From Styela clava (lineage: Eukaryota), in assembly GCF_964204865.1 (NCBI RefSeq), contig NC_135259.1:20150001-20214000 (forward strand): a DNA stretch of 64,000 nt, given 5' to 3'. This document shows positions 50,478 through 61,457 of the stretch, in pieces; within the stretch, counting starts at the first letter, position 1; every line of letters begins with the position of its first letter. A model generated the notes under the pieces. It was not told the DNA's origin. It was given only the letters and a program-made list of their open reading frames with translations, and made no database searches. The position numbers and the translations under genes were made by a program.

Positions 50478-51670
50478 TTTTCGTTCTATAGATATGTCCA
50501 GAGTAAATATTCAGATTTTTAATATTTTAGGAGTTTATATTTCTTTTTTCAGAGTTTTTCTTCTCATGCAAATATATTCAAATGCAGCTAAGAAATTCAT
50601 TTTTTTTTGTCTATTTTCGTTCTTTAGACATGTCCAGAGTAAATATTCAGTTTTCAATATTTTAGAAGTTTATATTTCTTTTTTCAGTGCTTTTCTTTTC
50701 ATGCAAATATATTCAAATGTAGCAGAGGAGTTCAATTTTTTTTTATTTTCGTTTTTCAGACGTGTCAAGAGTAAATATTCAGTTTTCAATATTTTAGGAG
50801 TTTATATTTCTTTTTTCAGTGTTTTTCTTCTCATTCAAATATATTCAAATGTAGCTAAGACGTTCAATTTTTTTATTATTTCATTTTTTTCAGACGTGTC
50901 CAGAGTAAATATTCAGTTTTCAATATTTTAGAAGTTTATATTTCTTTTTTCAGTGCTTTTCTTTTCATGCAAATATATTCAAATGCAGCTAAGAAGTTCA
51001 TTTTTTTTCTATTTTCGTTCTTTAGACATGTCCAGAGTAAATATTCAGTTTTCAATATTTTAGGAGTTTATTTTTCTTTTTTCATTGTTTTTCCTTTTAT
51101 GCAAATATTAAATGTAGCTAAGACGTTCAATTTTTTTATTATTTCATTTTTTTTTCATAGACGTGGCCAGAGTAAATATTCAGTTTTTGATATTTCAAGT
51201 TTTTTTCTCTTCAATTGTTTTCTCTTTTTGTGCAAATTTATTCAACTGTAGCGTAGCCATAGACAATAAATTTAGGCGCTCCAGAAGAATGTGAACCAAG
51301 ATGGCGGACACCGGAACATAGTCCGTGTACCAGGTTAAGATTATGTCATAATTTTTTTCCAATTTTCCTTATTCTAGTTCTATCACGAGTTTGGGGACTA
51401 ACCAAATGACTCCCGTAGTCTTTGTACCCATACTACGTTCCGGTGCCCGCCATCTTTCTTCACATATTTCAGGAGTATCTAAATGTCTTATTTTGTTTTC
51501 GTTTCGTAGACGTGTCCGGAGTAAATTTATTTTTTAGAAGTTTCTTTGTTTTCCTGTGTTTTCTCTTCCATGCAAATATATTCAGTTTTTCATGTCATCA
51601 ACATCTAAAATTTGTTTCATCTAAGAACTTTTAAAATTAGATGGTAAAGGCTAAGGTTAGCGTCCAAAAT
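50478..51670. repeat. About 133-bp AT-rich tandem repeat x about 6 (inverted relatives at about 59220-59980)
   Basis: gtccagagtaaatattcag at about 50497, 50632, 50764, 50898, 51030 and 51165. Confidence 0.9.
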
Positions 51671-53605
51671 AACTATATTGTGAAAACGGCGATCCAGAAG
51701 GGTGTGTACCAATATAGAGGTGACTAATTTTGTTCGCATACTCTACAACAATTTATATGAAAGACAGAAGCCTATGGGCAAGGGGTATATTCACACGGCT
51801 AACACATACAGTCTTGAACTCGTAATGGAACTAAAATAAGAAAAATCGAAATAAAATTATGACCTAACCCTAACCTGTTACACACACTACGGGAGTACCG
51901 AGAAAACATCGTATGACTGGAAATGATCTTTTTAAGGTTTAAAAACTACGGAAAAATTAGCATTTTTCCGGGCTGGAAGTTTTCAAATGAAGTCCTATTG
52001 AAATTATTTTACCATAGAATTGTGCCCATTCAAAATGTTCCTTAGGCCCTGCTGGGAAGCATTGGCTCGGTTGTTATATTTGGATTTAACTATGTCGGGG
52101 ACTCAAGTTAACCCAAATTTACTGGTTTTAAAAGTGCATCGTTGAGTTGCTGAGTTGCTTTTCTGAAATGATAACCCGCTGATTACTCATGAGCCATATA
52201 CAATAATTGTATCAGTGCTGGGCAGAAGTTCCTAAACCACGAGTCACGTGTCAGGTCGAGTCACGGGTTAGGATTCATGTGTCAGTTCCTTCTAGCATTA
52301 CCTCGAGCATTTCTAGCACTCACAGTATTACTTGTGCGTTCAAAATATTTGCAAAATGTTCTTCTTAAGCCTCGAGACGACGCGAATCGCGAACAAGTGA
52401 TGTAACACAAGTCCAACTAGAGTCGAGTCAACAAAAATTACGATTTAAGATAAACCATTTCAATCTTGCTTGACTCTTTATTCATTTTTATGTATGACAC
52501 CGGATCATCAGTTATTTGTTTATCCCCTGAATTATTTTTGGAATGTTAGGAATAAAGTGAACCATCATTCGAAACTCGCACCGGTCAGCACAACAATTTT
52601 GGCACACCCTGCTTGTGCTCGCCAGACAACTGCTCGTGGAGTTAGGGAGTGGAGGCTTCAGTTTAAAAAATCCCGATCTAAACTTTAATTTTACCGCCAT
52701 ATTTGATAAGAAAAAAAATACAATATATTCTCTGTCAATTCGAAAAGATTCACGTCATACACGGTTAGAGAACCACTGGCTATTCCTGATCCTATTAGAT
52801 CACGTTTTTTCATTTTTCAAATCGTCATGTAGATATTAATTAATACTAATTTCATACTGCACGACTATATGTCTGTGATTGATATGTTTCAATAGCCTCA
52901 CATACAGATCGACCTGTTCTTTATAATTCTTTTAAAAACTGTGTTTCAATGTTTTGATTCATAATATATACATAATTAGACATCAGTAACCGATATTCTA
53001 CATCTTGTACCAGATTTCTTAAGACGAACGCTACAACATCCACTTTTTGGTACTCCCGTAGTGTGTGTACCAGGTTGGGATTAGGCCATCATTTTATTTC
53101 GATTCCACTTCTTTTAGTTCTATCACGAGTTTAGGGACTGTCTATGTTATCGAAATGAATAAATCCCATAGGTTTCAATCACTTCACACAACTTCATGTA
53201 AAATAGGCGAACAAAAATAGTTACCCCCATATTGGTACACACACTTCTGAAGCGCCCACTTTTCTATTGTGGTGTATTGTGCGCGTCGAATCGAATTCGG
53301 CTAACGTCGTTTCCAATGTAGATTATTTTGGATTTAGCCAACTTTTTGAATGTGGTTAATTTCAAACTTAGCCAACCATGCAGACAATTTCTAATTTGAA
53401 TATTTCATTTTAGCCACTTTGCCACTGTGGTGCAATGTACGTGTTTATCACTAAAACACTATTCTATTTTTCTCAGTACATGAAAATACGAATTGCCACA
53501 TTTTAAAGAAACCACGCCTATCCGTAATCGATTCGGCTCCAAATTTTTTCAGTGCTATTGGCGCATAAGATGATTTGACTGAAAATTGTTGTATAAGTGA
53601 ATTGA

Positions 53606-53960
53606 ATGTGAGACAAGAGGCAGAAGTGGCAAAAAAATGGAAAGTGGGAAAAGCTGAAAAAGTTTAACAAGAGGGACAAGTTGGGGAAGTAGGACAAGTG
53701 GGACGAATGTAATAAGTTGGACAAGTGGGACAAGGAGAATAAGTGGGACCGGTGTGACAAATGGGGAAAGTGGGACAAGCTGGAAAAGTTGGACAAGGCG
53801 AAAAAGCGAGTAAAGTGGGACAAGTGGGAAAAAGGGGACAAGTGCGACAGATGAGACAAGTTGGACAGGTGGGACATGTGCGACAATTGCTACATTTAGG
53901 ACAAGTGGAATTAGGGGTACAACTTGAACAAGGGTGGCAAGGGGTACAAGTTGTGCAATT
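53606..53960. repeat. Degenerate 9-bp minisatellite (gtgggacaa)n
   Basis: Purine-rich 9-mer repeats that generate the spurious CPT/SHL/GQV ORFs. Confidence 0.9.
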
Positions 53961-53961
53961 G

Positions 53962-55018
53962 TTGAACGAATGGAATAAACTGAAAAAACAAATGGGACAG
54001 GTGGGATTTAACGTAAAAGGTTTGCATATGTTGTAAAAACTTTTTGCATGTTCGTTCAAAAAATAAAATAACTTTTCAAGCATGACTAAAGCGAAACGAT
54101 TTGAATATTAAAAACAATTAATGACGTTTATCTGTATATACTTTCATGCAAACGTTACGCTTTATTTTTGAAGTATGCTATTTATAGGTTCCATTACATT
54201 TGAACCCACGTACATTTGAACCCATGACAATTGCACCTGTATGCTATTGCACCTATGGAATTTTTTTTGTTTTTCGGATAGTTGAACCCATACTAACCCT
54301 AACCCATGGGTTTTAACACCCGCATATAGATTGAACCCGTGGGTATGCACATGGGTTCAAATGTACGTGGGTTCAAATGTACGGTCACCTATTTATATTA
54401 TCAATATCATACATCTATATTTGACAGTTCAAATCGGCAGTGACACGCGATGTTTGAACGAATGGAATAAACTGAAAAAACAAATGGGACAGGTGGGATT
54501 TAACGTAAAAGGTTTGCATATGTTGTAAAAACTTTTTGCATGTTCGTTCAAAAAATAAAATAACTCTTCAAGCATGATTAAAGCGAAACGATTTGAATAT
54601 TAAAAACAATTAATGACGTTTATCTGTATATACTTTCATGCGAACGTTACGCTTTATTTTTGAAAGTATGCTATTTATATTATCAATATCATACATCCAT
54701 ATTTGACAGTTCAAACCGGCAGTGACACGCGATGTTTGAACGAATGGAATAAACTGAAAAAACAAATGGGACAGGTGGGATTTAACGTAAAAGATTTGCA
54801 TATATTGTAAAAACTTTTTGCATGTTCGTTCAAAAAATAAAATAACTTTTCAAGCATGATTAAAGCGAAACGATTTGAATATTAAAAACAATTAATGACG
54901 TTTATCTGTATATACTTTCATGCAAACGTTACGCTTTATTTTTGAAGTATGCTATTTATATTATCAATATCATACATCTATATTTGACAGTTCAAATCGG
55001 CAGTGACACGCAATGTTT
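53962..55018. repeat. About 282-bp tandem repeat x3, first unit interrupted by a MITE
   Basis: ttgaacgaatggaataaactg at 53962, 54454 and 54736. Confidence 0.92.
54187..54389. mobile_element. 203-bp MITE of a separate GG-terminal family
   Basis: Perfect TSD tatttata, with the empty site visible in the neighbouring tandem units. TIRs carry repeated tacatttgaaccca; internal taaccctaaccc. Confidence 0.9.
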
Positions 55019-56769
55019 GTTGTGTATAATCAAACGCTTATCCTTATCTCCAATGTTATATAATGTTTTGTTTAATCTTTGTCCAAGGAATTCGTGCACG
55101 CATCTGTTCACGTAATTTGCATGTAGATGCAATACCTACAATAGAACACTTGTGCAAATACCTCCTGATTTTAGAATTTAATCGAATCTTTTTTCCGAAT
55201 CAAATCTCAAATACTTGAAATGCAAATGCATGTGTATGTGACTCTTTTATTATGAAAGGTCTTCCAGACAAATAGGGGTCACGGGCCTCTTAATAGAATA
55301 CAATCCTGATAGAATCCAAATCAGTCCTAACAAAATTCGCAATAGCACAAAAATAGCGCAATGAAAACATGCTCTGTATCAAACATCAAGTCAAACTGTG
55401 ACGATGACACCACCACGGAGCATGGCATTCCGTGACACGCTTTGTCTAGCTGATGCCTGTCAATCAAGCAGATATTTGCGGTCACAACAGCGCTTACTAA
55501 GTAAAAAATTGAATAACATTCCGACATTATCAGATGCAATCAATGGAAATGACAATTATATGGAATTTGTTGCATGCGAAAAACTTGGTGTACTTGTTAT
55601 TTACTGGCACGATGATGGACATCGGGTAAAGGTGTCTCATCGTCATTTCGAACAGTATTGTGAAGTTGTACTCTTTTATTATTGCATCACATTTTGCTAT
55701 TATGATGTCAAATTTTTACTCATTACGTCACTTTTTCGTTATAAATTTCTTTGTAAATGGACGTCACATTTATATTATGTAAATTCTTTTCAAGAGAGTA
55801 TGACGTCACATTCTGCAATAAAAGAGTCACATTTCGGGCACTATGACGTCGAAATATTGGTTTATGACGTCACATTTTTGTCTATGACATTTCTTTCAAT
55901 ATGATATAAATTTTACTTTTAATTTTTTATCGATAATTTTATATTATGCAGAATTCTTAGCTTCGAATTCCAAACATCAGGATGTAAATTGTGATGAAAC
56001 ATCTATCACCCTTGACGCAATTACGTAGAAACTTAAATGAGGATAATACCACGTCCTTTCAGTGAACCTACATCAAACTTAATCATATCTAATTATATAA
56101 AGCGTTTATACTTAAAGACGTTTCGATTGTTTCCAAAACAAACTTTATCCTTCAATGGTTTATACTGAATGAAATAATCCATGACAATTATAAGATTTAC
56201 TCAGACAAAATCACAAAGAGAAACGTTAGATTGGTTTCAGTTAGGTTCTCTCAGAACAAGTTTATATTTACGAAACTTCCGGAGTAATTGGGATCAATGT
56301 CAGACCATCAAATTCAGAACATTTTGGGACCTCCTGAAGTATGCGCACCAAGATGGCGCACAGCCTGAACTCAGGTTGTGTACCAGGTCAGGGTTCAGGT
56401 TGTGCGACATCTTGGTGCGCATACTTCAAGAGTACTACATTTTGAGTTACCTCTACCATGCACTAGTGCAAAAGCATACAAATAAAACTGGTGATACCAA
56501 CAAAAAACTCAATCAATAGCAAATAATGTAAATATTCTAGAATTCTAAATAAACATAACTTTTATGCAAAGCGTCCTTGATTACACAAACTTTTGTGTAC
56601 AATCATGCACAAGCAGTAGTTCAAGTGTTGAATTTTTGCAGAAGTAATTAATTAAGAAAGTTATGAATTCCGTTTTTGGAGTCACTCTGTGCAAAAAATT
56701 AGTAAACAATAAAAATCTAGTTTATACCAATAATACCCATATTGTTTGTACAGGCCATGTGGTTGTAAT

Positions 56770-57120
56770 TGTTTCTATTATTTCAAACAATTCCGTATTG
56801 TTGACGTCATAATCGCTTCATAATCTCGCGACCTTCAAGTCACCTGGAAGCTATGAATTGGAAAATATTTACATTTAAACCTTTTATACACTAATTATAT
56901 AAAAAGAATAAAGCAATTAGGGAAGAATGTTACTGGTACCACAAATATTTACCGGTTTAATGACAATGTGTAATTTAATTTAACGGTTGACCACAGTTCG
57001 GTAAACAACCATTTGAATTTTATTTTCAAATTTATAATTTGAAGATGACTCTAAGGTCGAGAAATTTAGTTACGATAATGACGTCAACAATAGTTATTGT
57101 TTGCAAATAATAATAAAAAA
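56770..57120. repeat. Old inverted repeat/foldback remnant
   Basis: 56770-56845 is a diverged reverse complement of 57043-57118 (tattgttgacgtcat core). Confidence 0.7.
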
Positions 57121-57975
57121 TGCCACTTCGTGACTTGCCATTAACATATTATCGGGAAATATGATACGATTATTCTTACGTTAAAAAAACGATTCTTCGT
57201 TGCTTTATTACAAAAAATATATTAGAATTTCAATTTCAATGTAATTAGTTATTTATCATAAGTGATTTTCTGAGAATTAATATAATCTGACTACGCCCCT
57301 CCTACGCCCATTTTAAAGCCAAACGCACATTCCTCTATCTCTAATCATATGGAATCGGTACTTAACTCTTTGGTTGAAGAGAAGCCACACACAAGTCTCA
57401 ACTTTCTATTTAAAGGGGTGTTCCCATATTTCAGAGGATGGTAGATATTTTGTTATTGGCGTTAAAACTATTTTGTAACTTGTCAGTTGTTCTCAAACAG
57501 TGGGGCCCCTCACAAGGGGCATCGACAATTTTTCAAGGGAGCGTTAAGTTAATTAAAAATAAAAATATATCTTAGATTTGATTTTGTCCGCCTTGTTTGG
57601 AATATTTACATTTGTTATATATTTAATATTCAGGTTCCACCACGTATTTTCGAAGTTTTTTTTAAAAAACATACTTTCGCCTTACTATATGTTGTTTGTA
57701 GTTGATTGTGAGGTAGTTATTTTGGGGATGGTGGGGCGAGACTTCCTGAAAGGTGCGAGGCTAAAAATGTTTGGGAACCCCTTTTCTAGATATTCAAATA
57801 CAATTTCATTTACGTTGAGAATGAAAGTGCGGTTACCCACTTAAAATTAGGAAGGTGTATGTGTTCACTTCTGGAGGGTGTAAGAAAATTTACTGAATTT
57901 TATTTATAGTGCCTGAACGTCATTGTTTACGACTATCGTTTAAGTCATTGTTTACGTCTATTCTAAAAAAAATTG

Positions 57976-58086
57976 GGTGCTCCAGAAGTATGCGCACCAA
58001 GATGTCGTACAACCTGAATCCTAACCGGTACACACATACTACTTTCAGGTTGTGCGCCATCTTGGTGCGCATACTTCAGGAGGTCC
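57976..58086. mobile_element. MITE subtype C (about 110-bp hairpin), representative copy
   Basis: Perfect TSD aaaaattg. Other copies: 24320-24430, 36889-36999 and 56327-56436 (perfect TSD acattttg). Confidence 0.9.
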
Positions 58087-59984
58087 AAAAATTGTGTGTT
58101 TGAAATATTTTAGTCGAGGTATACTCCTCTTGAAAGTGTATGGAAATTACTGAACACAAGTATGCCAAATCATTTGCTTCTTCATTTCTACAGAGTATTT
58201 TTCCGAGTGATGGCGTGTGAACCATCATAAAATACTGGAACCATATGTTTCCAAAAATGTGTGGCAGTGGCTATTTTTCAAAAGTCTTGTTATAAAGCCT
58301 CACTTTAGTCTCATGAAACGTCACAGAAGTATGTTAGTGTCCAGAAAGACTTTTAAATCACTTATAGTAGGTATCATATATGATTATTTCATGGGTACTC
58401 TCGTAGTATGTGTAACACATTAGAGTTAGGCCAATATTTTATCCCGATTTTCTTTATTTTATTTCTACTACGAGTTCGGGCACTGTTTGAGTTAGCCAAA
58501 TGAATATACCCTCTACCAATAGGTTTCAGTTTCTTTATATAACTTTATGTAACGTGGGCGAACAAAATTAGTTACCTCCATATAGGTACACACACTTTTG
58601 GGTCGCCCATTTTATGTAAAATAATAAAAATTGTTGCCTTATTGAACTATAGCTTGAGAAATTCAACAAAACAACAATATAGTGGAGTTCAAAAGACCAT
58701 GTAATTAAAAAAAATTACAAATGATTTTTTAAGAACTTCGCTAACCTAGTCACGCCCTACCAACGCACATTTTTGAAAAGAAACAATTTTCATTGTTGTG
58801 ATTCATATCAGCTCTACAGCGCCATGTCACGGTTCTGACCAAAGAGCAACTTAACACCAAGATTTGCAAAGAAGGAGGATAAACTGAATGTATTGTACTG
58901 AAATAGAGCGTTTGCTAAGACTAATACGATTTTTAAAAATCGTGATTTTTTTCTGTCTGTATTTGCTACACACTTTATCACATTCCAGGGTGATGTAGCG
59001 GACGCAGGGAGTCCACCATAGATATACCGCCCGATCATGAAAAATTGGTGTTCACTCTGAGTAATTCACTCTTTTTATGCTACACAAAAGGGCTATAAAC
59101 TTTCTTACAATGATCAAATGTGGATGTTGATCACATCGTATTTAATCCAAGACGCCAATATAGTTCGATGCAGAGCTAATCATTTGGCCTTCGCCATCAA
59201 ATCTTAAAATTATAACAAAAAAATACTAAGTATTGATAACACGAAAAACTGAATATATTTGCATGATAAAACTCTGAAAAACTGAATATTTACATTAGAC
59301 ACGTCTATTAAACGAAAATAGAATAAGAAATTTACCGTCAAGCCACTGATATCTCATGATGTAAAAGGCCTACTAATGTGGCTTACCATCTAATCTCAGA
59401 AGTTCTTAAAAGAAAAAATATTAGGTCTTAATAACACGAAAAACTGAATATATTTGCATGAAAAAAAACTATGAAATGAGAAAAATATGAATAACTGAAT
59501 ATTTACTCTGGACACGTCTATAAAACGAAAATAAAATAAAAAAAATTGAATTTCTTAGCTACATTTGAATATCTTTGCATGAAAAGAGAAATCATTGAAA
59601 AAAGAAAAATACTCAAAAATGTAAAGAAATGAATATTCACTCTGGACACGTCTATGAAACGAAAATAAAAAGCGCTCCTGTAGTATGTGAATCAAGATGG
59701 TGGACACCGCAACGTAGTATGTGTACCATAATTTTATTTTTTCCTTCTTTTGTTCTATTGTGAGTTCGGGGACTAGCCAAGTGACTCCCGTAGTATTTGT
59801 ACCTAAAATTATGGCCTAACCCTAACCTGGTACACACTACGTTCTCGTGTCCGCCATCTTGGTATAAATACTGCAAGATTATCAAATAAAATAAGAAATT
59901 TATCGTCCACGGCTACGCTACAGTAAAATACATTTGCATGAAAAGTGAATACAATAAAAAGAGAAAAAACTCTAGAATATGAAG

Positions 59985-60545
59985 AAGTCCAAGTTTCATA
60001 TTCAAACATAACCTCGGCATCGGCTGATGTGATGCTTCGCAGATTTCTAAGAATTTTCAGAATGATATCCACACCAAGGTGTTGCATACCAAGGTCCATT
60101 TTTCCTCCGAGATCCTTAATATGTTTGATAACTTTAACATATTTGCGAGCACACTCGGCAATTTCATATGCAGCCGTATCTAGGTCGGAGTACGTAACAT
60201 GCGGCTCAGTCGCCCAAGAAAGCAATATAGGAGCTTTTATATAGACTTTATCAATATATTTATTGGTGCTCCCGAAGTATGCGAACCAAGATGGCGGACA
60301 TCGGAACGTAACATGGGTAACAGGTTAGGGTTAGGCGATAATTTCTTTCCAATTTGCCTTATTTTAGTCCTATTATCAGTTCGAAGACTAGCCAAGAGCC
60401 TCCCGTAGTATTTATACCTAAAATTATGGCCTAAACCTAACCTAGTACACATATTACATTCCGATGTCCGCCATCTTGGTTCGCATACTTCGGGAGCCCC
60501 TCTTTATTGGTCATTTATGTTACCCATGTGTGAGGAGCTGCTAAC
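59985..60545 (-). pseudogene. Fragment of a third TPR paralog
   Basis: Translates YIKAPILLSWATEPHVTYSDLDTAAYEIAECARKYVKVIKH..GVDIILKILRNLRSITSADAEVMFEYET. It is interrupted by a MITE (60265-60500), has an in-frame TAA near 60518, and is truncated at both ends. Confidence 0.85.
60265..60500. mobile_element. MITE subtype B (about 235 bp, long palindromic arms), representative copy
   Basis: TSD tatttatt/tctttatt; removing it restores alignment to the TPR paralogs. Other copies: 9355-9555, 28623-28855, 43159-43379, 48936-49170, 51275-51479, 59671-59883, 62445-62676. Confidence 0.9.
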
Positions 60546-60619
60546 ACTTGAAGGATTCAAATCTGAGTAGCATCCAATGCAAACATAGTTGATGTTCACA
60601 TTGGATCAATGACCTAGGA

Positions 60620-61129
60620 CAGGAGTGTGCAAACTGCGGCCGCGGTCCAAATGCGGTCAACGAAAAAAAATTGTTTGTCTGCAAAGAAGTGCTAATTTTG
60701 AATGGTGTACGGCCCTCGGAACGAGTTTTTAATTTAGTTTTATTAGTACGGGTGATTAATTCAATTTCTTTGCGTTGCAAAGGTTATACCTGTACTTGTG
60801 CGAGGCGAACAACGCATGTCATAAAATCAATAACCAAAATTTTTGCGCGTGAAATACTAAAAAGCTTATGTTAAATGCAGATGTGGCCCGCGGTTTCACC
60901 CAGTTATTTGTATCTGAACCTCCTGTATTGAAGTTTGCACACCCCTGATATAAACTATCGAATAGAAAGTAGCGGAACCTTTAGACGGTATTTTCAGAAC
61001 CATTGCGTACAGCGGAATCCCGAGTAAAAACCATTCTTATAATGTAATACTTTTGATTCAAGGTACACACCATATTCGGAGTATGAAGACCCAAGTCAGT
61101 TGAAAGGCGAAGCAAGTAGCACACCCCTG
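60620..61129 (+). mobile_element. hAT-type MITE with duplicated right terminus enclosing about 170 bp of captured host sequence
   Basis: caggagtgtgcaaac...gtttgcacacccctg [sequence matching 42765-42940] gcacacccctg; flanks acctagga/gcctagcg. Confidence 0.75.
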
Positions 61130-61457
61130 GCCTAGCGCCAGACTATGATGGCATTGCAGATTGCACGTCCCAGGTTCAAGCCTAAAGCAGATAGTGTAAT
61201 TTAAAGTGTACTTCTCATCTTGAAGAGTTAATTAAAAGAATTATTATACATGATTATAACATTCTAATTTGGGTTGCGGGCTTTGCCAAGACAATCAAAT
61301 GATCAACCTTAGAGTTTAGCATCAATTCCGGCTTGTATTTTCTGGTTCAACAAATATCGTGATCTCGGAATACAAATATAATAAATGAGAGTTTTGAAAT
61401 TTTCATTCATTTGAAAACAGTCACTGTGTCGGGATTTCCCCGGAATTGAACTAAAAT

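Noticed and set aside
50494-51251. Hydrophobic Phe-rich membrane-protein-like ORFs
   Set aside because: Translations of a T-rich 133-bp satellite.
53518-54083. Cys-rich (CPTCPTC) metallothionein-like and collagen-like GQV ORFs
   Set aside because: Three overlapping frames of a 9-bp minisatellite.
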